From positions 150,474,001-150,538,000 of the forward strand of contig NC_135802.1 of the NCBI RefSeq assembly GCF_964213995.1: a stretch of 64,000 nt of DNA, given 5' to 3'. The stretch is from Mustelus asterias (taxonomy: Eukaryota). Position numbers and translations under genes: made by a program. Position 1 is the stretch's first letter. Every line of letters begins with the position of its first letter. A model generated the notes under the pieces. That model did not search any database and was not told the DNA's origin. It was given only the letters and a program-made list of their open reading frames with translations. Positions 46,570 to 59,619 of the stretch are shown one piece after another.

Positions 46570-46915
46570 TTAGTTTTAAAATTTTCACATTGTTTTCGAT
46601 TCCCTATGGTCTTGTCCCTTCCCCATTTCTGACAACACCTCTAATCCTACAACCTTCAAAATCTCTTGCGGTCCCTCAATTCTGACCTATTTGTGCATCC
46701 GCGATTTTAATCCCTCCAGTATTTGTGGCAGTGTTTTCTGCTGCCTGGGGCCCAAGCTCAACTCCGCCTCGCTCTCTCTCCTCCTTTTAAGGTGCTCCTT
46801 AAAACCTGCCAAACATTTCTTCTTGTGGCTTGGTGTCAGATTTTGTTTAACACTCCCATGAAGTGCCTTGGGATCTTTACTTCACTAAAGGTACTACATC
46901 AAATACAAGTTGTTG
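46570..46915 (+). mobile_element. Old L2-like 3' fragment
   Basis: ttttaaaattttcacattgttttc...ctgcctggggcccaagct; tail aaatacaagttgttg. Confidence 0.6.
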
Positions 46916-47174
46916 GCTTTTGAGCGAGAGTGTGCGTAATGCATAGCAGACACGAAATTCTGTGCTCAAACAGATGGCTTCTGTCATTGTGATGCCAAAA
47001 TTCCTGTTATCCAGTGCAGTGGGAATATTTAATCTGATGATGTAATGTAGTTTCCCAGATTGTAAATATCGGTTTTTGTTAAATTTGAATCGAGACCCTG
47101 ACAAATCTTTGAACCTGTGTCGGAGAATTACAGCAGGATTGGTGGAAGGAAGGCTATGATCCTGACACAATCCT

Positions 47175-47462
47175 GGCAGAAGAAGACCATTTGGCCCATA
47201 GAGTCTGTGCCGACCCAAAAAGGCCCTATCTCTGTAACCCCACGTATTTACCTTGCTAATCCCCCTGACTCTAAGGGGCAATTGACCATTGCCAATCAAT
47301 CTAATATGCACATTTTTGGAGTCTGGGGGGGAAACTAGAGCGCCCGGAGGAAACCCACCCAGACACGGAGAATGTGCAAACTCTACACAGACAGTCACCC
47401 AAGACCGGAATTGAACCTGGGTCCCTGACACTGTGAGGCAGCTGTGCTAACCACTGTGGCAC
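47175..47462 (-). mobile_element. HE1-type V-SINE
   Basis: Head, V-domain and tail. Confidence 0.85.
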
Positions 47463-47924
47463 AGTTCGGGACATGAAGGTACATTAGAAATATTCTAGTC
47501 TTCAAGTGCAACACTCAGTGAATGACCTCTTCTGAATCACGTTTCCCATACACAGCTCACAGTATCAGGATGCTCTTCTACCCCATTATAAATAACACTA
47601 TTGCCACTACATTAGTTGTTTTATTTTCCTCCAATCTAACTGCTTGCTATTGCCAAGTAAAAAGGCTGTTTAACACAACTGTGATCACTTGTGTCCTTCG
47701 ACAGATTGCTGCCACCTTCAAACACCATTAAAAATCATCAGTAATGAAACCTTATTCAGTCCCAGTGATCTAGTGGCATAGATTACTGTACAATGATGTA
47801 TCAGCCATTCCCATCTTAAAACGTAGAGTAGAACATAGTAGATTTGCTGCATTTGAAGGGTGATTACAAATCTCAAGCCAATAGCTTCAGTACAGCTTCC
47901 AGCCAATCTGGCATGTGAGAATGA

Positions 47925-48080
47925 TTGATTGATTTATTATTGTCACATGTATTGGGAGAGAGTGAAAAGTATTGTTTCCTGCGCGCTGTACAGACAAAGC
48001 ATACCATTCATAAAGTACATAGGGGAGAAGGAAAGGAAAGGGTTCAGAATGTAGTGTTACAGTTACTGCTAAGGTGAGGG
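47925..48080 (-). mobile_element. Rex/Babar-like 3' UTR fragment
   Basis: gattgatttattattgtcacatgtattggg...gaaaagtattgtttc. Confidence 0.8.
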
Positions 48081-48564
48081 TAAAGCTCATCTTATTATTT
48101 CGCATTCTTCGGAAGTTTAAAAGTCTTGGAGTACAGTTTTAAAAGCGTAAAATGAGTAAAAGATTGAATTTGAGGGTATGCTGGAGACAGCTCGCAAGAA
48201 GTTGCCTCACTCTGGCGCCATCTTGAATTTTCTTTTTAAGCCATTTCTTTCATTTCTGCCTATTCCAAGCACGACGTTTGACTTCTTAAGTTGATGGCAG
48301 AAATCTTTTCGATCATCCTCTGATAGGTTGTACTTCATCCTTATGCCTTCTGTTCCCTCTGGATGGACTCTAGACTATAGTGTACCTTGGGTGTCCGCCA
48401 CAGGATCACCTGATGATGGGAACAAATCTCCATAACCATCTCCGTCTCATTATTGCATCCATAGCAAATTAGCGCATCCCCATTGATTTAAATGATAACA
48501 CCAATGACAATCCCAGATTTTTCTTGAACAAGGGCAAGTTTCTTAGGGCAAATGGTTCTATGGG

Positions 48565-48918
48565 ATGGCACGGTGATTAGCACTGCTGCCTCACAGTTCC
48601 AGGGACCCGGGTTCAATTCCGCCCTTGGATGTCTGTATGTGTGGAGTTTGCACATTCTCCCTGTGTCTGCATGGGTTTCCTCCGGGTACTCCGGTTTCCT
48701 CCCACAGTCCGACGATGTGCAGTTTAGGCGAATTGGCCATGCTAATTTGTCCCTTAGTGTCTCAAGGTTGGATGGATTAGCCGTGGTAAATGCTGTGGGG
48801 TTACAGGGATAGGGTGGGGAAGAGGACCTGGGTACGATGTCAGAGAGTCGGTGCAGACTCGATGGGCTGGATGGCCTCTTCTGCATTGTAGGGATTTGAT
48901 GATTCTGTAATTCTATGA
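48565..48918 (+). mobile_element. HE1-type V-SINE
   Basis: Full-length match. Confidence 0.88.
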
Positions 48919-49344
48919 CAGCAGCATTGCTCAGTCTTGTTTAGTGTCTAGATGTACTTTCTTCCTCTTCTAGGTGTTGGAAAAATAAGGGAAGGATCTA
49001 TTTGCATTTCCAGTTTATTAGAGAGCTGACGATTAGCGGGTAACATACTCCCAAGTAGGCCTAGTGATTGACTCTTTCATGCACTTCTCCCTCAGTTACT
49101 GATCCACCTGTGTTGCCAACATTTTCTCCTATTTCCATATTGTCCTTTTGTTGATGTGTACAGCTTTCATTCTGGCACCTTGCGCTTTTATGCTAATAAC
49201 GAATCATTTAATTCTATCCAAGTCGGATATCCAGTGTAGCCATACCATCTATAAACTCTTCCTACAGCTCACTTCTTAGACAATACTTGTGTTTTCTGCA
49301 GCAACTATCAGTCTTCTCATTGCAAACGCAGCACGTGCACTGCA

Positions 49345-49450
49345 GCGTTTCAAGAAGGCAGCTCACCACCACCTTCCCAAGGATAACTAGGGATGAGCAA
49401 TAAATGCTGACCTAGCAAGCGATGCCCATGTCCCATGAATGAATAAAAAA
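49345..49450 (+). mobile_element. 3' tail of the second LINE family
   Basis: ttcaagaaggcagctcaccaccacctt...aataaatgctg...cccatgaatgaataaaaaa. Confidence 0.75.
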
Positions 49451-49577
49451 GAGTCAAGGATACTGCCATAGTTAAGTGGTGTCAATAATGCGGCCTAGGC
49501 CTTGCTTCATTAACAATATTAACCTGTCACTCTCTGTCCTCAAATAGCTCAGAGATTCTTCATATGTCTTTTCTATT

Positions 49578-49865
49578 GGGCAGCACAGTGGTTAGCACTG
49601 CTGCCTCACAGTGTCAGGGACCTGGGTTCAATTCCCAGCTTGGGTCACTGTCCATGCGGAGACTGCACGTTCTCCCCATGTCTGCGTGGGTTTCCTCTGG
49701 GTGCTCCGGTTTCCTCCCACAGTCTGAAAGACATGCTAGTTAGGTGCATTGACCATGCTAAATTCTCCCTCGGCGTACCCGAACAGGCACCGAGTGTGGT
49801 GATTTTCACAGTAACTTCATGGCAGTGTTAATGTAAGCCTACTTGTGACAATAATAAATAAACTA
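49578..49865 (+). mobile_element. V-SINE, alternative-tail subfamily
   Basis: Tail gtgttaatgtaagcctacttgtgacaataataaataaac. Confidence 0.88.
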
Positions 49866-50804
49866 AACCTATCAGATTAATGGTCTTTGATGGAATTCTG
49901 TAGGATCTCCAGATCTTCCAGTGTCCCACACTACGGGCACTCAGAAGCTTATAAAATCATTGAAGTTAAAAGCCATCTTCTGCTGGCATACTAAATCTTT
50001 CTCCACAAGTGCTCCCAAGGTGAAAACAATTATCTGAACACAACTTCCCAGATCAACAGTTGGCCAGTTCTCACTTGGGTTCTTTCATATGAATTTTGCT
50101 TCACAGGAACAGACAATGTCGGCTTAAATAGTTTGTGCCAGTGCTTACTCCAGACAAGCCTCCTTTCATTCTACTTCACCAAGGCCTATCAGAATACCCT
50201 TCTATTCCTGCCATGAATTGTCTGTGTGTCTTCGAATCTACCAAGATGCATTTTTACAAGCTTCTTCAGAGCCAGACCCCATTCACTTTCCTATCATCCG
50301 TCCCGTCCCTCCGTGTTCTGTGGTGCTGCATCTTTAGTTTTACTTTGATTGCCCAAAAAACAAGACGATGGTCACATCCTGGCAGGAATTGTGATTTTGC
50401 ATGCGTGGGTAGAGTTCATTTTGAAACTTAAATATTTGACCTGAGCTGGCGGCCGTGTGTGCATTATATAAACCTTTAAATTAGTTGCAGCTTGGTTTAA
50501 AAAGTCTCCAGGAAGTCCGAGGGAGAGCCATATTGGAGTTGCAATCAGTTGGCCCAAGATATGAGACTGTCCCCTTGTTCTGCTTCATGTGCAGTTGGGT
50601 CATGTCCTGACGCTGTGCTTGTGGTACTTTTGTGCTGTGGAGAATAGCAATCTGTGTAAAGTTTAATGTAGATACACATTGGAGTGCTGTCTTCATTTGT
50701 ACAAGAGTACAATAAAAGCCATCTGTTCAAAATAAGTATAGACTCTGGCATTGACAGCATAGTTACAGAAATGCAAGGGGCATTTCATACTGAGTAGATT
50801 TTAA

Positions 50805-51665
50805 AGTTTTATTCTTTCACAGGATATGGGTGTCATTGGCAAAGCAGCATTTATTGTCCTTCCCTTAGTTGCCCTTGAGGTGGTGAGCCACCTTGTTGAA
50901 CCACTGCAGTCCATATGGTGTAGGTACACCACCATGCTATTAGGGAAGACGTTCCAGGATTTTGACCCAGTGACAGTGAAGGGACAGCGGTATTGTTCGG
51001 GGTCAGGGTAGTGTGTGGCCTGGAGGGGAACTTGCAGGTAGTGGGTGTTCCCATACATCTGTTGCCCTTGTCCTTCATGGTGATAGAGGTTATGAGTTTG
51101 AAAGGTGTTGTTGAAGGAGCAGTGATGAGTTGCTGCATTGCATGTTGTTGATGGTGTACACTGCATCCGTGGTGGAGGGCATTAATGTTGGCCGATGGGA
51201 TGCCAATCAAGCAAGCTGCTTTATCCTGCTTGGTGCTGAGCTTCCTGTGTGTAGTTGGAACTGCACACATCCAGGCAAGTGAAATGAGTTCCACCACACT
51301 CCTGACTCATGCCTTGTAGATGGTGGACAGGCCTTGGGGTGTCAGGCAGTTTTTTTTTTATTCATTCATGGCACATGGGTGTCGCTGGCTGGCCAGCATT
51401 TATTGCCCATCCCTAGTTGCCCTTGAGAAGGTGGTGGTGAGCTGCCTTCTTGAATCGCTGCAGTCCACGTGCTGTGGATTGACCCACAATGCCAGTAGGT
51501 AGGGAATCCCAGGAAGTTGACACAGCAACTGTGAAGGAACAGCGATATATTTCCAAGTCAGGATGGTGAGTGGCTTGGAGGGAAACTTGCAGGTGGCGGC
51601 ATCCCCATGTATCTTCCTCCCTTGTCCTCCTTGATGGAAGTGGTCATGGGTTTGAAAGGTGTGTT
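50805..51665 (-). mobile_element. Two tandem 3' fragments of the second LINE family (50805-51350, 51352-51665)
   Basis: Both parallel 19835-20630 with the Penelope insertion removed. Confidence 0.82.
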
Positions 51666-52087
51666 ATTCACCTCAAAGTTCTCAACCTCTGACTTGCTCT
51701 TGTTGCCACAACATTTATATTCACAGCTGTCCATACCTAAGCATTGTAGTATTGATATATACCTTGGGGGGAATGTAGATCTGGGCTGGACACTTATAGT
51801 GAACTCGACCAAGTAATAGTCTAGGGTTTAATAGTGTTGTCTTCACCTTAACTGTCAGTCTGGCAAATTAAGGTTAGCAGTTCTCTTCCCTACGATAAAT
51901 AAGTTTTGTTTTACAGTTACTATGACTGTTTCTGATTGGGGAAGACAGAGCAGCAAACCTGTTAGTAGCAATAATGTTCCACCTTATAATTAATCAATCA
52001 GCTTCTGCCTGTTACTAATTTGGAACGTCATGACCACTATTTCTATGAGACAATGCTAGTCTTGCTTGAATGAGCAGTATTCATAGC

Positions 52088-52405
52088 ATCATAGAATCCC
52101 TACAGTACAGAGGAGGCCATTTGGCCCATCGAGTCCGTACTGACCACATTCCCACCCTCAGCCTATTCCCTTACCCCCACATATTTACCTTGCTAATCCC
52201 CCTGACACTAGGGTCAATTTACCATGGCCAATCAACCTAACCCGCACATCTTTGGACTGTGGAAAGAAACCAGAGCACCCGGAGGAAACCCACGCAGTAC
52301 TGGGAGAATGTGCAAACTCCACACAGGCAGTGACTGAGGCCGGAATCGAATCCGGATCCCTAGCACTGTGAGGCAGCAGTGCTAACCACTGTGCCACCAT
52401 GCCAC
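52088..52405 (-). mobile_element. HE1-type V-SINE
   Basis: Full-length match. Confidence 0.88.
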
Positions 52406-53314
52406 CCAATGGATGAATTAATTCATGAATAAGAAAAACAAATGTAGCTAGTCCTGTTGTCACTTTCCACATTGACTTCTGATTCATATCGGACCTTCAA
52501 AAGCCTTCTGGATTGAAGCTCCCACAACTCTCGAGCACCGGGGGGATGAGCAGAGAAATTGAAGAGTATAGAATCAACAGCAGTCTCAATGAACCACAAA
52601 ACTTGCAGTCTCCCATCTTAAGTCTTGAAAGACTCCTGCAGCTTTCAAAGGGCAGAGTGTGTTTGCTTTGGTTTTCTTTGCAGAGATTGCTGCAGGAGAG
52701 AAATGAGAGTCTAAGGGGGTTTTGTACATTCCAGCCATTCTACTCCATAATATTCTGCAGGTGGAATTACCAGGAAATCATTCCTACAGATGTTATTTTA
52801 TTGGAAATGCATGTATGTTTTCATTTTTGAAGGCTGTTTTCTTAATAAGTGAATGGTTCCTGTAAGGTCACGGAGATCCTTTGTGTTCATTCATTCGTAA
52901 AGAGCGCACATTCTTCTGCGTTTTCTCTTTGCCTTTCGAGTTGTGTTTCCCCCTTTTAGTTATTTTTGAAACTGTCTCGCTGGGCAATCCACCCAGTGCC
53001 AAACTGAGTTGGCAGGTAGTTGTCCAGCTCGCGGTCTCTTGCCAGTGGCCCAGCATGCCTCCTTCCCACTGCTTCATATTTTCATGAGGCCTCTTTCCAA
53101 TTTTTACTCTCATTCCTTCTAAGTGTCACGTTCATGCCCATTACCTGCTCTTCGCTGGTAGAGAGTTACACCTAGGCTGGAAATTTCCATTCTTCTGACA
53201 AGTGCCGCAGCGGGTGGGAAAACAGTATTGTGGTTTTCTCTACCGTATCGTGAGCGAGATAGTCAGACAAAAAAATGAGCAGGTCCCATGACGAATGAGG
53301 GGGAACCTCTCGGA

Positions 53315-53690
53315 GACTTCTATAAAATTCTAACAGGACCAGACAGGGTAGGTGCAGGGAGAATGTTCCCGATGGTGGGGGGAGTCCAGACCAGGGGTCA
53401 CAGTCTGAGGATTCGGGGTAGACCATTTAGGACGGAGATGAGGAGACATTTCTTCACCCAAAGAGTGGTGAGCCTGTGGAATTCATTACCACAGGAAGTA
53501 GTTGCTGCCAAAACATTGAATGTATTCAAGAGGTGACTAGATATAACACTTGGGGCAAATGGATCAAAGGGTATGGAGAAAAAGCAGGATTAGGCTATTG
53601 AGTTGGACGATCAGTCATGATTGTGATGAATGGCGGAGCAGGCTCGAGGGGCAAAATTCCCTCCTGCTCCTATCTTCTATGTTTCTATGA
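53315..53690 (+). mobile_element. CR1 3' portion
   Basis: ORF 53288: YKILTGPDRV...TRGHSLRIRG...FFTQRVVSLWNSLP; tail ttctatgtttctatg. Confidence 0.88.
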
Positions 53691-54344
53691 TGTATGTTGG
53701 AAGGGTGGGTTCTGTTTGTGCCCACCGCACCAGCAACTGAGTTTTTTGAAGATGTGACGCCATTTTTGTATAAATTCCATTCCCGGTTGGGATTGTGGTC
53801 GATGCAGACACGATGGGCCGAATGGCCTCCTTCTCCACTGTCGGGATTCAATGCAACATGTTCCCCGTGTAAGGAGGAGTTGGTGTGGGGTTGATGGTGG
53901 TGGAGATAGGGTACAGAAATTTCATCTGTTTAGAAGTGGCACATCACACACTCCTGGGGAGTCCTGTACAGTCATGTCTGTGTTATTTTGGTGTGGGGAG
54001 GGTTGGTTCTACTGACCCTCAAGTGATGTTGCCGTGGGAGACCCAACAAGCTGCCATGGACATTCAGGCCTCTGGTTTCCACCAAGTTTGTTCACAGTAG
54101 TAAAAAAATAATGTTGACCTGAAGTGGTGGTGCCCATGGCTGCTTCCCCCTCTCTTTGAGAAGGAATGCAGGCGGGCAATGTACTGATGTAAATACGCAT
54201 TTTCCTTTGCTATTGCACTCCTGTGATGTTTATCAGTGATGTGGTGTGTTCTAAGCATGTTGGCACCATTCTGTGAAATTACAGGTTAGTTTTTCCACAC
54301 AGACTAATTCCAGATGTAACTTCTTTTATCTGTGCTTATCTCAG

Positions 54345-54503
54345 AAAACAGCTGCCGATGGCAAGAGACAGGAAGTCATTGTGTTGGACTCCAAGCGGAG
54401 CAATGCCATTAACATTGGACTGACCGTATTACCTCCTCCAAGAACAATCAAGACTGCAATTCTGAACTTCGATGAGTACGCTTTGAACAAGGAAGGCATA
54501 GAG
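54345..54503 (+). CDS. FHOD3: FHOD3 FH2 exon (159 nt) [36 protein letters not shown]...KEGIE
   Basis: Acceptor tctcag|AAA, donor GAG|gtaggc, phase 0-0. Confidence 0.97.
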
Positions 54504-56788
54504 GTAGGCCTTCCTCTTGATTTGTCTGTGCTTTTCTGTCAGGGGTAGGAGTCTGGGATCAGTCGACCTCGGTTTGAGGCAGTCAAGTAATGCCTCTCAG
54601 CTGGTGTTATTTCTAACGCCAGAGTTAGCATTTTAAAATAAGTGGCAAAGCAGCGTGGTTGAAATAACGTCACTCCTAAAATCTCAGCTTGTGTGTAAGT
54701 AAACCCGCCTGGTCTTGATTTCCAGCACATTCGCCGCACTTCAGTCATGCTGTCAGGGGGCAAAGGTTAAAGCTGCCAGTTCCCACAATTCCCAGTGGAA
54801 TTGTGGGAATTGCGTTACCCTGGGTAACCTGAGGTAAAGGTGAACAGGAAAGAAGATGCATTGACATGCCTACTTATAATATATGTGTAAACAGAATAAT
54901 CCGTCCATTTTACTATGAAATCCTTAATTTAGCCAATGAATTTCATGGGTGGATAATGGAATGTTGTCTTAAATACCGAACACCAGCATCAAATCATATA
55001 CGTCACACAACACCATGTTCTGAAGCTGTGTCCAAATACTACTTCATTTTTATTGATGCACCCAAATTAGCAGCAGTGGTGATTTAAGCATTACAGTTCG
55101 GAGATGTGAGCGATGGCATTTATTATCTATTTTCTTTTAATGGGAGCAGGACACCTGACTTTCAGCATTGGAACTGAGTGCGAACCACACAGTACGGTGA
55201 ATACAGCACACCACCGCTCTTAACCCGACTTCTTATTTCCTTTCCTGAACCCCCCCAGCTCCCTCAACTCCGCAAATAGCGTGAGAGGAATCGTCACGTG
55301 AAGCCAGTTAATATAGTTATGAACTTGCACCTTATCTCAAACAGCAGTGGGGTTCGGCACAGAAAAACTATTGGGAGGGAAGTGCCTTTTTTATTTTCTT
55401 TGCAGCTTATTTATGTCGGTGTTCGGGAGCAAAGACTAAATAGATTCATATGTCGTTGCGATTTGCAAGCAGCTCGTTTAAAAATGTTTGACCCTGATTT
55501 TTTGCGCACCACGTTCTAGGAGAGGGAAGTCATATCTGACCCCAGAGCCACCCCCTAGACTGTCTGATTCTAACAGGCTCCTGCTCCATCTTCCCACTTG
55601 ATTTGATTAACCGATGCTGATAACCTCCCAAGTCAGCGAATCAAAGCTGCATTTTCTTGAGAGTGCCAACCTCGGAGTTGAAATGTTGACCGTTGACTTG
55701 AAAGGAAAGCAGTCGGCATACTTGAACAGTTTTACTGGGTTAAGATTCCTCTGTATGCTCTATAAAACCTGCTTATAAAGTGTTACCATCCCTGTGGAGA
55801 CCGCTAACTTTTAAAAAGAAATTTGAACCCTCCAGTTATTAACTGAACTGATGACGTGACGATTTCCCATTTTAAAATGTTTACCAGAGCAGACTAAAGG
55901 CTGGGAATAGAGGGATAGAAACGGATGGTCTAGTTAGGGACACATGATCGGTGCAGGCTTGGAGGGCCGAGGGGCCTGTTCCTGTGCTGTATTGTTCTTT
56001 GTTATTTATTGAACACTCTTTTTGTAAGGCCGCTTACACTGCAGAACAGAACTTTTAACACAATCAGGTATACTTTACTTTGTCCTTTAAGTGGGCATAC
56101 AATTCTCCTGGACACAGTCGGGAATGATTCATAGCTCCTGAGGATTTGTTTCTGATCCTTCATTTTCCAGCCAGGTAATTGTTAACTCCAGATCTATCTT
56201 TCACAATGCGAGGAGACTTCTCCCTCTAGCCAAAGTTAGGTAAATCTTCCAGCCTCATTTAAACTCTTTGGTCCTTCCAATCTAAGTGCAAGCTCTCACC
56301 TACATTCCTGCACAGTGAGCCACAGAAACCTTTGGCCTCTAGTTGCTCTCTCTTTCTCTCTCCCAGGCCGTGGCACACTACTTGTTTTTGAGTTTCAGTG
56401 ATATCTCAGGAACCCTTACCTTATGAATGCCAATCTCCATGGCAACATGAATCACATCGGCTATGTATCCGGACAGAAATGCCAATTAACTATCCTTGAG
56501 ATCCCAGCTCACTTATTCTTTAAGTAAATGGACACTTCAAAGCACAATTATTACCAACTGAAATTTCCTTTTCTTTGAGACTTTAAAGACTCGCTGTCTA
56601 TCCACTGTTAGCGCACAGGCTGCTGCCATTGTCTCCAAGCGTAAGCACCTTGCATCTTCTTCCCAGTAAAACAATCCGGATCCCATTAATTTTGAACATT
56701 TAAAGCACCAAGGCTTGCTGAGAGGCAGAATTCAGAACAAGGCATATGAGATCCTCCCTTTTACCTTTTCTCTGGTCCCATTTGACAC

Positions 56789-57528
56789 GGGTAAAAATTC
56801 CTCTCGTGAGTGGGCCGTAACGAGATTTGCACTGAGGCGATCTCACAACGAGAACATCCCCACCCCCGCCAATGACGTCAGCAGTTTTCTGTCCAGCGAG
56901 AGCGTGAACCTGAATGCTGTTCATTTGAATATATTTAAATATTCCAAACCGGCTGGACATGGTATCCTCTGGGGATGTTGTATGTTCCCATCCGCCAGTG
57001 TGATGTAACACCAGCAAAAGTTACCCCTGGTCTCCAAAAATAGAGACCAGAGCTCATGACCACTCTGGAGGTCCGGAGGTCAGCGTAGCCTTCAGGTGCC
57101 CAAGGACGTGTCAGAGCAGTATTGCCCACTGCTTGGCACTGCCATGTTGGTATTGCTTATAGGGGGTCAGTCAAGCCTACAGTAGGCGATCCATAGCAGG
57201 AATTTGCTTCACTTTAGGGAAGGGGAGGGCGTGGGTATAGAGGTGCTCTGATGTCCCGAAGACCGGAGATTAGCTGGGGGGAGGGGGGAGACGGCAGGGC
57301 AGGGGCGCGATGCCCTGATGACCTGGTGCCGGCAACGATGGTGGGTTGGAGGGTGTTGTTTCTACTGTAATTTTGGGGATGTGCCCTTTAAAAATAACAC
57401 ACCAATCTCTGTAGAGTTGGCAAAGTGTGGGAGGATCTGGATGGAAAACCTGTCTGTTCCTCTGGGACAACCATGCCAGTTTTCAGCTTCAATCTGACAC
57501 TTGCCATTTTTTGGGGAAAATTCCACCC
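56789..57528. mobile_element. GC-rich TIR/MITE-like element
   Basis: Ends gggtaaaaattcc and gggaaaattccaccc are imperfect inverted repeats; no clean TSD. Confidence 0.45.
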
Positions 57529-57542
57529 ACCATCCCAAAACA

Positions 57543-57752
57543 TGATGTGGAGATGCCGGCGGTGGACTGGGATGGGCACAATAAGAAGTCTCTCAACACC
57601 AGTTTAAAGTCCAACAAGTTTATTTGGAATCTCGAGCTTTCGGAGCACTGCTCCTTTATCAGGTGAGTGCACTTGGTGAAGGAGCAGCGCTCCAAAAGCT
57701 CGTGATTCCAAATAAACCTATCGGACTTTAACCTGGTGTTGTGAGACTTCTT
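57543..57752. mobile_element. Palindromic Penelope-like element, family A variant, tail on left
   Basis: Near-TSD accatcccaaaaca (57529-57542) vs accatctcaaaaca (57753-57766); inverted arms with decayed hammerhead cores. Confidence 0.82.
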
Positions 57753-58954
57753 ACCATCTCAAAACAACAATCTTTAACCTTGTATTTGACCATCCCCTCA
57801 CCCCTACACACAAAGGGTCCATCTTGATGGCATCACAGCGCTTAACCTGTATCAACCAGATACATGTGATAGATAGGATTTTGAATCCACCTTATATCAA
57901 TTTTTAAAGCTCTTTCTCTCACGTATATGAGAATCTTTTTCCCAGCTCATGGTTTCACCTTCTGTCATGCACCATAGTAAACCTCCTTTCTCATGACATT
58001 TAAATTTCACAGCGTTTACATGACCTAGGTTTGACTCTGTATCCTTACTAAGGTCTTCCTTGTCAGGAACAACATTACTGAGCAGGCGACCACTCTGGGG
58101 AGGGAAATATCTCTACAGGGTAGTATTTGGTTATACTCTCAGCAAAGCAGGCAGGGAGGGTACCCTGCCTCCAGGCAGTTGATCTGCTCCTGCAGTCATG
58201 TCAGGAAACTAGACTCTGACTGGAATCAGTTGTATAAATTTTCCATTGGCAAATTTCGTACTGTGCCTAAATGTCTGCCTGCCTTGTGGCAAAAATGGTT
58301 GGTGGTCAGGAATGGTGTCTTGAGGCCAACATGCCACCCGGTACTGTTAATTTGAGAACACTGCCTCCCACCCCAGTGGTCTCCATTCCCAATATCAGGA
58401 GTACTGGGAATGGGAGGAAGCCGATACTGCATTGCCCTGAGCTACTGTTGTATCTAATCTGTTGGCTGATTACCAAAGGCTCAGAAACTGGCATGATTGA
58501 GGGGGGTGGTGCGGGTGCAATGTGGGGCATGGGGTGCCAAAGGTGTGGGAGAAAGTAAATTGAAATTAAACAAAGGTTTCGAAGCAAACAGCTTGGTTCT
58601 TTTGATGCTGCAGACCCTCATTCTTGGAAGCTGTTCGGTAGTTTAGTTTGGCCCTTCGACTTTTATTCGGGTGGTCTGAGGTGCAGATGACCGAAAATGG
58701 ATTGGTGCACGAGGAGGGAGATGTTTCCAGCAACTCCTGCTCATTATTCCTAAAACGAAGCATTGGGGATCTCAAATACGTTTATCATCTTCCACCCTCC
58801 CCATCGCCAATCCCCCTCATAAGCTTGCCAGGAGACAATGCAACCAGCCAGTTTTTTTCCAACCTCTCCTGAACTAAATTACAAGGTTTCTATTTTTATA
58901 TCGTCTTTCATGGACTTCGGATGAACCGTTGTGTTTAACGCCCAATTAAATAAT

Positions 58955-59285
58955 TTTGAGATGTCACGGTCGTGATGTAGGAAACGTGAGCTACCAATAA
59001 ACAGCAATGTGATAGATCATCAGATGTCCTGCTCTGTTGTGGTGTTGGTTGAGGGATAAATAATGGTCAGGACATCTGGGGGATTCTCTCCCCTGCTCCT
59101 GTTTGAAATAAATGCCGACGATCTCTTCTGTCTTACCTGAGAGAGCAGACAGGGCCTTGCTTTAACATTTCATCCCTCCCTTGGCTCTGCACCAGAGCAT
59201 TAACCCTGAATTATATGCTCCAATCTCTGAAGTGTGACTTGAGATCATGACCTTTGAACTCTGACATTGCTAGGACTGAGCCATA
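58955..59285 (-). mobile_element. Deu-domain SINE (SacSINE1/AmnSINE1-like), old
   Basis: tgttggttgagggataaat, ctcccctgctc and cctgagagagcagacagggccttgctttaac match the reverse complement of the recalled DeuSINE central domain. Confidence 0.65.
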
Positions 59286-59619
59286 GTTGACGAAGGATGA
59301 GTCAGAGAGAGAAAGGTCATCTGATCCATTCATCTTTGGCTCCCATATTACATCTAGTTCCATTTTAAATGTCCCTGATGTCGCCCCTAATATTCTATTT
59401 AGCAGATTTTGTTTCCAAATATTATATCTACAATGGAAGCAGATTTCCTCACCTTACAAGATATCTGAAGTCATGTCTGAAAGACATCACTAACTCCTTA
59501 AGTTCAATAGACAGAATCTAATGGACCCAAAGCAGGGCAAAATTGAAATTTTCACTTTATAACAAAGTTTTAATATTTACCTAAGATTTAGTATACTCAA
59601 CACTGAAACATTCACAATT

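Noticed and set aside
52684-52760. Strong acceptor ttttctttgcag followed by an open frame
   Set aside because: Nearest donor (AG|gtggaa) is weak and phase 2, and insertion would disrupt a contiguous FH2 sequence.
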